Shown one piece after another: positions 1 to 10,707 of a stretch of 64,000 bases of DNA. This DNA is from Phoronis australis (Eukaryota > Animalia > Phoronida), in contig NMRA01000083.1 of the NCBI GenBank assembly GCA_002633005.1, forward strand, positions 897,161-961,160, read 5' to 3'. The notes beneath the pieces are model-generated. The model was not told the DNA's origin and searched no databases. It saw only the letters and a program-made list of their open reading frames with translations. Position 1 is the first letter of the stretch; each line of letters opens with the position of its first letter. The translations under genes and the position numbers were made by a program.

Positions 1-1179
1 GAAAGAGAAAAAAAACAAGCCTACCATGCTTGGTGGGATAAAATGGACTACTCAGATTTGTAAGGCATGTGAAGCCTTGATTAGTGACTACTCCCTGGAT
101 GTGTATGAGACCGCGACACTGGAATTAATGGAGTTAGCGAATGGCCCTGGACAACAGCTCAACATATTACTGTCTGAGGTTGAAAATCAGAATAGAGCTT
201 TCCTAGGCCATTTTTGAACTTCCTTCCCCATGACTTGAATCATTATGATGATACGAAGACTCTTGTGATTGCATGTCACAAATGGAAAAGCAACAAGAAG
301 ATTTCGTGCATCTTTGATACAAACCAATGGCCTGAACGGAAGGACCAGACCACTTTATTTTAATAGTGGCTTATGGGACCATAACATTATAAATCCATTC
401 TGGTGAAATACTCCTTCGTACGAGCAAAGTGGTGACAAATGAAAGCCAGTCTAAGAAGCAAGTACGTGGAACTAAGGATCTCTGTTAGCTTGCATTTTGA
501 ACTCTCAGTTGTTAAAGATTCTTTCATAGATTGATGTACCATAAGTTAGTCCTATATTTGTGTTACACGCTTCAGCAGACTCCTTGTCCCAAGATGAGTC
601 AACTGTTTAAATTTCACGAAGAGGTCCAGAAGAATGTTTTGAAGTTGGTGTGAGTGAGGCTTACTTGACCAGTTTCTAGTGCTATTCGGGAGAGAGGTTT
701 CTCTGCTGTGAAGACAATCAAGAGTGATTGGAGGACATCTCAAGCCACCTGGAGGAGCTAGACAAGCTATTCTTCATTTTGCTGCAAGGCCCCAGTCTGG
801 ACAAATATGATGCTTCTGAAGCCATCCATTCGTGGTGGACTCTCTTCAACAAGGCTGATGATGATGCTTCGGATAATGAAGATTGTCTTTTTGACAACAT
901 AGGCTCATGCTAGACATTCTGATGTATTAGCCAAATTTACTAAAGCATGTGAAAACATTAAGCGATACAAGTTATCAACCAAAAACTTTGTTTTTTGCCA
1001 GTACTGCATAATTGATAAAAAACAGTATTACAATGGTCAGGCATGTTGAGCACCTCCGATCACGAAGTAATAAGTCTTGTAAGTGTTGACTACCTAAGCC
1101 AGTGAAATGCATTGATAAAATTGGCCAAAGCCATCTCACATGTTGTTGGCCAAAAAAACTCATTTTTGCCAATATCCTG
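1..1179 (+). mobile_element. Degenerate hAT-family DNA transposon, 3' part (ZNF862/KIAA1586-like transposase C-terminal dimerisation domain)
   Basis: ~660-735 translates to LT*PVSSAIRERGFSAVKTIKSDWRTS (hAT dimerisation motif PxSSAxCERxFSxxKxIKxxxR). After a frameshift comes LDKLFFILLQGPSLDKYDASEAIHSWW. Stops and frameshifts present. Possible right end ...GCCAATATCCTG at 1179. Confidence 0.8.
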
Positions 1180-2233
1180 TAATTAATAGAAATGTAACAA
1201 TTATCAAGCTGCCTATTTTGATAATATGCTGGTTCAGTGCTTGACGTTATAATCTGAAATTAAAAAAGCCGACTAGGGTTTTCAAATCAAAATTTTTCAA
1301 ACCTTTCTCATTATACTAATAGCCTAATAGTGAAGACCAGCAGCAACTGCAACATCAGTTTACTCTGCTTCTACTGTTGCGGTTTTTAGTTGATGCGTTC
1401 TGAAGATGTTGCGAGGGGCCTTATGAGCACGCACATTAGATGATGCCGAATGGGACGTTTTGCGCTCTTCACTTTGCCGTGAATGTTGGCGATTGAACAA
1501 GGAAAATCTGGAGGTATATATTGTTTTTATTGGTTTCGATGTCAACAAATGGAAACAATAAACGTGTTGCTGTCGCAGATAAAATGTCTGAGTTAAATTA
1601 CTCTCAGATTTGACATGCTTGGAGTTATTCCGGAAGTGCCAGACAGACGGCCATATTGAATAGCAGTTGTGTACCTTTCTCTTTATTATAGTATATCGTC
1701 CAGGGCTAATTAAAAGTGCCTGTGGTGTTCATTTCTACGGGATGATCAGAAGCTCTCAGGTTGTGAGGTAGGCAATAACATCACCCTGGATGCCGCAGGA
1801 AATAAAATCAAATAAAACATGCATATAATTATGCACACGGAGTTATAAATAACTCAAACCAAAGTCTGGAGATGATTCAGTCAAGATAATTTGAACAAAT
1901 CGATGAAAATCTGTCGTGGTTTGCTCGAGTGTCTCTTACCGGGAGCAATTTTGAGGAAGTTACGTGAAATCACGCATGTTGACAAATAAAAAGTTCAAGG
2001 GACACAAATTTTACCTGATACCTTCTCATGCTATTTTGCAAGTGTCATGCGCTAGCGTCACGTGCTTCGCTCAGTCTCGACCTGGCCTAGCCTTTGTATT
2101 TTTGACGAGGTGAAAACTCAAAATCGGTGGCCGGATTTGTCCTACCGCCTGTTTAAAATAAATGGAACGAAATGCGTACAGAAAGCAATGGGAAGTATTG
2201 TAGCCCCTAACCGGCCAACCGAGGGGCTATGTG

Positions 2234-2751
2234 AGCACAGGCGTCCTCAACTTCTGACCATCATCAACACACTATATTGAATACTACAAAGTATGACACT
2301 CCGGACTAGAAATTCCACGGGTGTTTCACTTTAGCCGTCCATAGCAAACACAAACTCTATGAATTTACATAAAACAGGGGTTAAACAAACAATGAGGAAA
2401 TGTTCTATCTGCCAATACCATTTACACACAGTGTCCAGCTCCACGGAATTCGCAACAAATTGCTGGTACGCAGCGACTTTTTGGGAAGATTTTTGAGCTT
2501 TGACCGCGAATTTGTTGCGAACTCCGTGGAGCTGGACACTGTAAATGGTATTGGAAGAAAGAACAATTCCTCATGCCATGGTTTGTGAACCTCTGTCGAC
2601 TGTTTTTCGAAAATTTATTGAGTTATGTGTGTGCTATGCCTGGACGACTGAAGTGAAGCACCCGTGGAATTTCTAGTCCAGAGTGTCATACCTTGTAGTA
2701 TATAATCATATAGTGTATTGGGGACAATCAGAAGCTGAGGACGCCTGTGCT
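2234..2751. mobile_element. ~520-bp foldback/MITE-like palindromic element
   Basis: Outer arms AGCACAGGCGTCCTCA...GGACTAGAAATTCCACGGGTG are the reverse complement of CACCCGTGGAATTTCTAGTCC...TGAGGACGCCTGTGCT. Inner arms CAGTGTCCAGCTCCACGGAATTCGCAACAAATT / AATTTGTTGCGAACTCCGTGGAGCTGGACACTG. Followed by a short tandem duplication of GACGCCTGTG(CTGTGGTCGT). Confidence 0.8.
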
Positions 2752-3294
2752 GTGGTCGTGATGAAGACGCCTGTGCTGTGGTCGTAAGGACGCCTGTGTG
2801 TTTACTGTCAGTGGCCCCCAGTTAAGATTCCATTCAAGTGTAACTACATTACCTTTCCAATTTTCCTTTGCTAGTTTTGGAAGAAATGCGAGAACTTATA
2901 TCAGTTTCTTCGTCTGACAAACAACTGTCACTGGAACTGTCATAAGAGACCAAACTTGCAAAATTTCTTTTCATCTCCGCGTTCACATGTTACGTCAGGT
3001 GTCGCTACAAAACTTCCGGTAAAGAGACACCTGTCGTCACTGCGTGGATAGAGGCCAATGAGATATCGATAATGATAAGTAGCTCCTGGGGCAAGGCACA
3101 CGACAGTTAATATTATAGGGTTTTGGCTGCGAACGCACACCAAAGTCCTTCCCTCGCGTCCTTATCAAGAGTCTGAAAAACGAAGGTTTTTGTGGCATTG
3201 CCAACTCAGTCACAAGCACTACGTCATGATAACTGATATACCACAGATACTGAACTTTTGATCCCGGCAGTAATTCACACTGAGGGAAAAGTAC

Positions 3295-3415
3295 CGGCAT
3301 AGAAAAATAGGACCCAAAACCCCAAATCTGACATTTTTCTCCCCAAAATTACCACTTCTCTGCAAGAGTTAGAAAAATCAGACTACAGATTCAGAATGCT
3401 CGTTCTCTCTAGATT
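3295..3415 (+). repeat. Dispersed repeat; a reverse-complement copy lies at ~42594-42714
   Basis: CCGGCATAGAAAAATAGGACCCAAAACCCCAAATCTGACA...CAGACTACAGATTCAGAATGCTCGTT matches the reverse complement of 42594-42714. Confidence 0.7.
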
Positions 3416-4799
3416 TGAGTACGCCCTATCTTACCTGAGTGCCTTTTACTGACTGATCTCTTTGTTTGACAGCCGCCTGAAATAGGCACCCGGTTTCTCA
3501 GACAGCAGGCGACACGGGCTGAAAACAAACTTCAGCCACCATTTCGTTGCATAAACAATAAGTCAAGGCAAAAAATTGGCTTTTCTCATTTAAATTTGTG
3601 TGTTGTATTCGGGCCGGGCACCCTTACGGTCCTGCGGTGTGTAAAGTTCATTGTGAAATGGTGCGAACCAAAATGGGCGACTCACTAATTCATCATTGAG
3701 GTCTGCTTGACATACCTTTTCCGTAATATTTGCCTCCCAAGTCCTACGTTATCATACTTTTTGTTAACAAGATATTACCGCCCTTCACTGACATACTAGC
3801 TCCTTCAGTACGTGAAACAGAATCATGAAAACCGTATATGTTGAGTGATAAATGGCAATGTCGTGAATTTTACAAGAAGCTTATTTTTTACTCGCTGTGA
3901 ACCTACTTGTTTAATACAACCAACAATCTTTAACTGTGTCTCTTAAAATGCCCGAGACAATATTCTTTATCAATAATGGCGCGCTGTCATATTCGGAACT
4001 CCAAAGTTCAAAGTGTTTATTTCTCATTTTGGCACAGACGGATCCAGAGGCCCACGTCAGTACTATAAAAGTTCATAAAACTTTTAAGCAAATCAAAATT
4101 CCTCTGTTCAACCTAGCTCTCTCATCTTTCAAAGCATAAAAACTGTATTCAATCATTTATCTTTTATGACCTAACATCAGATCAATGAAATGTAGGTTGG
4201 AAATCGCCAAAGCAGCCTTGCAGAGAACATGGACTGCATCACAAATAACTTAAGAACAAAATGCAAAAACGAAGACAAGCGACCATTTCATGACTGTTCT
4301 TCAAGATAAAAAGTAAATATTACAGTCTTTGAATTTTTAAAATTGATGCATTATAAGAGATATTAGCGAACACGGGTTTTCTTCAGAAGAGCGGTTAAAA
4401 CCACGCACATTAATTTGCGAATCGATTAGGACGGGTAGACTAAGTTACAGTTTGGCTTAAACTCGCTAATATGCACTCAAATCTGAATCATTAGAGCAGT
4501 CGATTCCTACTCCAAGAAACATTTTACAAAAACGCAAATTCACCTTTTCAATGATACTCCTTAAATCCGAACCATAACGCAGTGAGGGTTCATATCAGTT
4601 TGTCGATTAATTCAAGACAGTATTGTATTGGAAAGTTTCGTTCTGAAGCGCTGATGGAGTCTTTTGATGGCAGTCATAGACTTACTGCCTTGTCAGGCAA
4701 GGTCTGATGTCACTTGAGGCAATGCCAACGTGGGAGTAATCACGAGGCCTAAATAATTTTAGCGGCTCACCACTTCCACCTGATGAGAATAAAATAAAT

Positions 4800-4997
4800 T
4801 TACCCACAACCCCAGAATTCGATTTCGTATTTTATCCAGGTTCTCATTCATTCCCTTAAATACATTCACTAGTAAGACCGAGCTCAGAGGAGTAGCAGAC
4901 ATCTTTGCGCAATGCTCGGTTGTCTGCCAGTCATAAGGCCAGGATTCAAACCCTGGTCTCCCAAACGGGAATCCGGAGCTCAAACTACTGGCCACAT
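4800..4997 (-). mobile_element. tRNA-derived SINE
   Basis: Minus strand has a pol III A-box-like TGGCCAGTAG and B-box GGTTTGAATCC, then a non-tRNA body (...CTACTCCTCTGAGCTCGGTC) resembling the SINE at 18.5 kb. 3' limit uncertain. Confidence 0.6.
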
Positions 4998-5139
4998 AGT
5001 CTCCTCTCCCTCCACCTGGTCCTTATCAAAGAAGCATCTTCCATAATTTCGAAATACACTCCCGTCTCTAAAGATAATAATTTTTGTTTTTTAAGGTTTA
5101 CTAATACGCCTCAAGGCCTGAAATAGCTATTTAAATAAT

Positions 5140-5330
5140 TAAACAATCTGCAGCTAGACTCATTGGAATACTCGCACATAACACCATATCGTCTGCATAC
5201 AGATATGCATGAATATCTGATATGTCATCACATATTCCTCTCATATAAACCATTTTAACACGGTCCAAAAGTTCATTAACGTACATCGAAAATAAGAAAG
5301 AGACATGCCATGTCCCTGTTATGAAATGGA
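5140..5330 (-). mobile_element. Non-LTR retrotransposon reverse-transcriptase fragment
   Basis: LFSMYVNELL...HAYLYADDMVLCA contains the RT catalytic YADD motif. Confidence 0.75.
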
Positions 5331-6204
5331 AATAGTTGATGAGTTGTTTTGGTGTTTTAATGCAAGTACACACTTTCCAGTACATTGACAGTGGGATTTT
5401 AGTCACATGTCCGTGTACTTTAAGTTTTAATAGGGCGCTAAATAGTAATAATATATGAAGAATTTTATCAAACGCTTTAGCCGGACAAATCTACGAATGC
5501 CCAATAAAAGCGACCTCCTGGTCTATTGTGTTTCTGGCACATGGCGTACAAGGTAAGTATTTGGTCTTGGGTCTCATAACTTTTTTGTAACTTTGCCTGG
5601 ACCTATAGTGAAATACAACATTATTGTTTGCCCACGCAGTCAGCCGAACATTTTCAAAGAGTTTGGTAAAAAATTACCAGCTACGGATACAAAAGGAAAT
5701 TCCCCTACAATCCCTTTCATCATTCATGTTTCCTTGCTTACGGATTGGTATTAGCACTGTGTCACCAAGCTTGTCGGTGAACGCTTGAAACCAAAATGTT
5801 ATCAAATAGGTTGACAGAAATCGGTGCAATACATACACAAAACGTACCGGGTAGGCCTACCGTCGGAGAATGGCGCAGATCAAGTAATATCCGCGAAACA
5901 ATGTCGAGTGGGATATTACTTCATCTGCGCCATTCGAGGTACGTTTTGTATTTATCCCATACGCTTCGAATTCCTAAGTTTCTTTCATTTTCGGCAGATT
6001 TTTTAACTACTTCACTCAGACTGTTCACGTGGCGGATCACATCCTACATGTATGTACTTCCGGGCGTTAGGTTGTAACTTTTCTCTAGTAAAAGAAACAG
6101 TTTTAAATGTAACGATTTATTACTTGAAAAGAAATAACAAAGATGAAAACATCTCCATGATAGCAAGTAACAGCATATGTTCACGAAAACAACAACGGTT
6201 TTAA

Positions 6205-6252
6205 AACTTGACAAGTTTCGGTGTCATTTATTAAACACCATCCTCAGAAGTC
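6205..6252 (-). ncRNA. Minimal type I hammerhead ribozyme motif (PLE-associated); stem III palindrome mutated
   Basis: GACTT-CTGAGGA-T-GGTGT..ACACC-GAAA-CTTGTC-AAGTT on the minus strand. Confidence 0.65.
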
Positions 6253-6410
6253 ATAATACAGTGGCCACCTAGCTAGGCCCAGCAACAAGTAATGAAGCAC
6301 AGATACAGTCAGTTACAGGGAGTGACAATGAACTAGACCAACACCTGTAGCTGACTGTATCTGTGCTTCATTACTTGTTGCTGGGCCTAGCTAGGTGGCC
6401 ACTGTATTAT

Positions 6411-6458
6411 GACTTCTGAGGATGGTGTTTAATAAATGACACCGAAACATGTCAAGTT
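6411..6458 (+). ncRNA. Minimal type I hammerhead ribozyme (PLE-associated), intact core
   Basis: Stem I GACTT/AAGTT, core CTGAGGA, stem II GGTGT/ACACC, GAAA, palindromic stem III ACATGT, GUC cleavage triplet ending at 6453. Confidence 0.8.
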
Positions 6459-6929
6459 TTAAAACCGTTGTTGTTTTCGTGAAAAGATGAAAACAACGGT
6501 AACTGTGCATTGGACTTGTTACATCTCCTGAAAGTAGTAAAATATCAACAATATTTGATATTGTAGTTACCGAGGAATCGGCGCCTGAGTTGCAGACGAT
6601 ATAATATTTAGCAACTGAAAACTGAGACAGAAGTGTCATATGATTAACAGTTTTGTACCAGATGTTATGTTTAGGGCCGGATTGCATGTCGAGTATTATT
6701 TATGCTACTGCAACTGTATTCTTTTACACTACATTCGGAAAGTGTGATGATCGAACCGGATAACGACGTCGAGTCGACATTGACCTATCTTTTGAACTTT
6801 CCATGCCAGAGGTCATTGTTGAAGTAGTGCGGGAGGTGAATCAGAAACCGTAGAATATGGAAAGCATTACTGCATGGCCGTATTGCACTTGACAGATTCA
6901 ACACGTATGGGATGAATGTACTATTGTAA

Positions 6930-7360
6930 ACTTAATCATCTCAAAAATAATACCATCACTCCCCGTAGTCTTTCCATTATCAGAGATTTTTATCACTTGA
7001 TAAATTTCATATGCATTTAAATCAAAAGGTGCCGTAGCATTACATCGGTCACAAGTATAATGTCCACCCATTTTCATCGGGACTAATGTGGATGGCTTGG
7101 AGTTACCTCATGTCATTCTTCATATCCTCTCAAATTTGTTTAGGGTTGTTCTTGTGATGGGTTCTATTTGCTAATATATCGGACTCAAAAAAGCTTTTCC
7201 TTTCTCGAGAAACATATTTCTAAAAGACTTCTTGTTCTTTTTATGTACAGCCAAATTTTCGGGCGTTAAAATTTCATGGAAATAATTTAACGATTTATTT
7301 TAAGGTCCTCACGTTCTGCAAATCCCGGTCCAACCAGGGTGGCTGATTGCTTTGAACAAT
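6930..7360 (-). mobile_element. Highly degenerate LINE ORF2 fragment (region between EN and RT)
   Basis: Minus-strand pieces PWLDRDLQNVR..., NNPKQI, EIYQVIKISDNGKTTGSDGIIFEMIK resemble the LINE motif 'L...KA.G.DGI..E.LK'. Many disruptions. Confidence 0.5.
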
Positions 7361-9939
7361 GTTCCAGGGAAGTTGTTACCCATGAAAATCTCACCTATGA
7401 ATGAGATGGGAAACCTTAAAATAACATTGCCAGGTGAAAGTATTCACGCAACCTTTTTTAAAGCTCCTACCAAATGAACAGACCAGGGCTCCCTGACACA
7501 CACTCAGCGAGCACTCCACAAGGAAATGTGATCCAACATTTAACGAATAGACATTTCTGATTGTTACTCTCTTTCAGAAGCCATTGTTTAATTCACGATT
7601 TAACGAGAAATTTCAAAATTTATTTACAGTTACAAAAGAATCATTTATTTATCATATAATGAATACATCGATACTTACAGAGAAATGAGTATACAAAAAT
7701 GTGTTACACACCTACAACAATGTTCACGATTAATAAATTTCAGCGGCGTTTGCTCTAGATCCTTGTGTCGTCAACAGCGGTTCACGACGCAACCCAAAGC
7801 AGGCAACCAAGAGACAAAAATACTAAGACATTTCGAGACTAATCTTGTCTCATCAGCGCATTAATAAAATGACACAGGGTTACAAGAATATGTGACGAAG
7901 GGCTGTGACCCACTCTGATGCAAGCAAATAGCATTCTGAAATACATACATACATACTAGAAAAATAGAGCCAGCGTGTAGCGCACCCCTTTGAGCTGCTC
8001 ATTCAACACAGGTTTTTCGCAAGTAATCTTAAAAAAAAAAACAATATCGTTAATCTGTGGTGTCATATTCCTTATACCGAATTACTGTGTTGTGTACGAT
8101 CACGTGCCTACCGGTAGTAATTTTACGACCATGTCAGCAGTGTATATGGTGGTCTTGTATTGAACCACTCTGCAAGTGGATGTTTAGTAGACGTCAGGAA
8201 ATAGAGAACACATTGTGTGGCCGAATGTAACACTGCTTACTGGTTTTGGTACAATTACAGTCGTCTAAAGGACAAGTGAACTCATAAGCAACATTACCTC
8301 TAACCAATGATCGATACTGACGTCATTGCCAGATTACTCGACTTAATGTTCTGGCAGTAGAGAATAACGTTAAGTGCACTTACCTCCTGGTTTTACAACT
8401 TAGACTACTCAGTACACCATGTCGTGTACAACGTGTTCATCACTTACATAGTGACTGGATATACATTAGTACTCCAACAGTCTTGGTGGTGCCACGGATG
8501 TTATTAGTGGCCACACCCAAATCCGTTCTAAAAACGATCTAACATATGGTGGACAAAAGAATTAGTATGTACATTTTTCTAGGTGCTTGTTTTATGTGTT
8601 GGTCTTCATTACTCAACGTGTTCCAGTCAGACGATACTTGAAGCGCCCTCTTTCATTTAGAATCACCAATTTAGAACACCGGATGTGTTTTATTAGTCGA
8701 AAGACATCACTAAATTATAATCACTTCGTAAGCCCTTTTCGTGTTTGCCTTTTTTGCTATTAAGGTTATGTTGGACCCTAGAAAATATCCAACTTTGGCC
8801 AAATTCGTAGCATCGAATCTCAAAAACGGACCTACGTTTTATACACTGCTCTACAAAACGCCGTTAGGAATTGTTTTTAAAATGTTCCATTTTTGTATGA
8901 GAGGCTGTCGAAAATGGGATTTATAGGATTTTTATGAAACTAGTTGCATAGAACGACAACGAAAGGATAACTCAGAAAACTGAAATAGCATTTTTTTGAG
9001 ATTTTTCTTAAACATATTATACGAAATCTTGAATATTGATCCTGTTATTTTACTAAAAATGCTCTTTTCTTTTTTGCTAAATTTTCCTGAAAGCATTGTA
9101 ATGTGACTTAATTAGTTTTAAATTGGTATAACGTCAACAGTCAAGTTCTGCGTAATTTCTGATTTCACAAAACGTATATGTTTGATGAGTTAACTTCTGC
9201 AGTTTTGTAAATATTTGGCTAAATGAACAGATTTTTCAATTAAGACCTCCATAACTTTTTTAAGAAGTGGTCGAGTACCTGTTATTTTTTATAAATTGCA
9301 CTTTTTTTATAAAATCTATTAAAAGAGTCTAAAATACCTTCTATACTAACTTACAAATTCGAAATTTCTTCTTCAAAGCGGCAGCGTTAAATCCCAACTG
9401 CACAAGTCGCAAGTTTAATCGATGCTGAGTAAAGAACATGCTCCGAACTGAACATTTGGTAAAAAAACAAGATCAGCCGACAAAATCGGTAGGTCTCAAT
9501 ACGAGAATAAACCAAAACGAGTAAACAATAGGGATCAACATAAAGTTATGATTGCTTGCTGGAGCAAGATGTTCCCAACGACAAAAGGTACCCACAACCA
9601 GAAACCATACACTAGAAACTCGATCCCCTTCGTGGCACCTTGTACTTCGTAAATAGATTTGTACAAGAGCCGCTGTCGTCAAGAAGCCTGTTTATCAAGA
9701 ACTCCCACCTAAGGTCATTTTGTGTGCAGCAGATCAATAGTGACCACATTATCAATGACTATTTAGAGACAAGAGCCAAGATATATCGTGGACTAACACT
9801 GGTGATTCTTCGAGTTGTTTCGCTTCTAAAATTAAACTCCTCCTTAAAAGTTACGTAGTAAGATCTTTTGAACAAAAGAAATACAAAAAAGCCCAAATAA
9901 ATGCATTAGGTTTCGTTTTTTTGGTACCAGCTTACGTAA

Positions 9940-9945
9940 TTTATT
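9940..9945 (-). promoter_or_regulatory. Candidate polyadenylation signal AATAAA of gene A
   Basis: AATAAA on the minus strand ~300 nt after the stop codon, followed by a U/GU-rich tract (TTTTTTGTATTTCTTTTGT). Confidence 0.45.
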
Positions 9946-10243
9946 GAACCGTGGTATATAATTAGCTTGTCAGCCCTGATACCAGACAAAACAATGCGGC
10001 AAAGTTTAATAGTGGACTAAAATTGATCTCTGAATTTGGCGTCGAATTTGAAATTACTGTCGCCTAGATTTGAAACTAGGTTTTTGTAGTGTGGAAATTT
10101 GTCGTTGAGAGCGCCGTTAAACTTGTTAGTGATATATTAGGATGCACTTACTCCCAGTACAATCATAACAAAAAGTGCTTAAAGTTCTACTTTAGCTCAT
10201 GAAATACAGAGCTATGATCTGCAACAATCTGAAACTAAGGTGC

Positions 10244-10707
10244 TTAAGTCCATTTGAAAATTTTAACAGATCCGTCATTATGTCGGAAATCGCTATCAGA
10301 TAGATTTTGGTCATTTCTGGAGTTCATCTGCGCCAAGTACAGGTCGCCGTCCCGCCAAAATGACAGCCACTGGGTAGCCACCCGCTCTGCATCCACTCGA
10401 AGATACTCGGCAAAGGTGCCATTAGTCAACACGTAGAAGGCGCTGGTCCTATAGTTAGCCGTACTGACGGCAAAATAGATGCGATCTGCAGCTTCAAAGA
10501 AAGTGCCTTCAAACGCTTGCTCTGAGTTGGGCAAAGTTTGAAGAAAGTTGAACTGATGTTTTAATGAATTCCACACGGAAATAGACGAGTTGTTGTTGAC
10601 GCGGCTGTTTGCCGTGACAAGATACCTCATTCCGTCACGAGCTTTATACGAGGTAGCAGTAGTGAATCCTCCAGCATTATTCCGTACTGTTTGGTGCTCA
10701 CGCCAAC
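10244..10707 (-). CDS. Gene A exon 22 (terminal): EAR repeats 5-7
   Basis: Acceptor ttttag|GT TGG; GWREHQTV...RYLVTANS...SISVWN; FNFLQTLP...; DLYLAQMN...SVKIFKWT then TAA. Confidence 0.88.

Larger units (their letters stand above)
6149..6483. mobile_element. Inverted pair of Penelope-like pseudo-LTRs (near-perfect hairpin)
   Basis: 6180-6319 and 6344-6483 are reverse complements with 2 mismatches. 6149-6339 is the reverse complement of the 3' end of the Penelope fragment (30032-30222). Flanked by the duplicated AAAGATGAAAACA (6139-6151, 6483-6495). Confidence 0.85.
5866..6702 (+). repeat. Dispersed repeat (hairpin-headed, probable non-autonomous DNA element), interrupted by a Penelope pLTR hairpin; second copy at ~47320-47825 plus 50470-50518
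   Basis: Collinear match over several hundred bp to the 47.4-47.8 kb region (e.g. ACTTCACTCAGACTGTTCACGTG.CGGATCACATCCTA; GGCGCCTGAGTTGCAGACGATATAA). Starts with a hairpin GAATGGCGCAGAT.AAGTAATATCC / GGATATTACTTCATCTGCGCCATTC. Confidence 0.8.

Noticed and set aside
7600-8530. Possible small spliced gene on the minus strand (splice-like sites near 8527/8448 and 8170; AATAAA near 7620-7650)
   Set aside because: No consistent reading frame or recognisable protein could be assembled.
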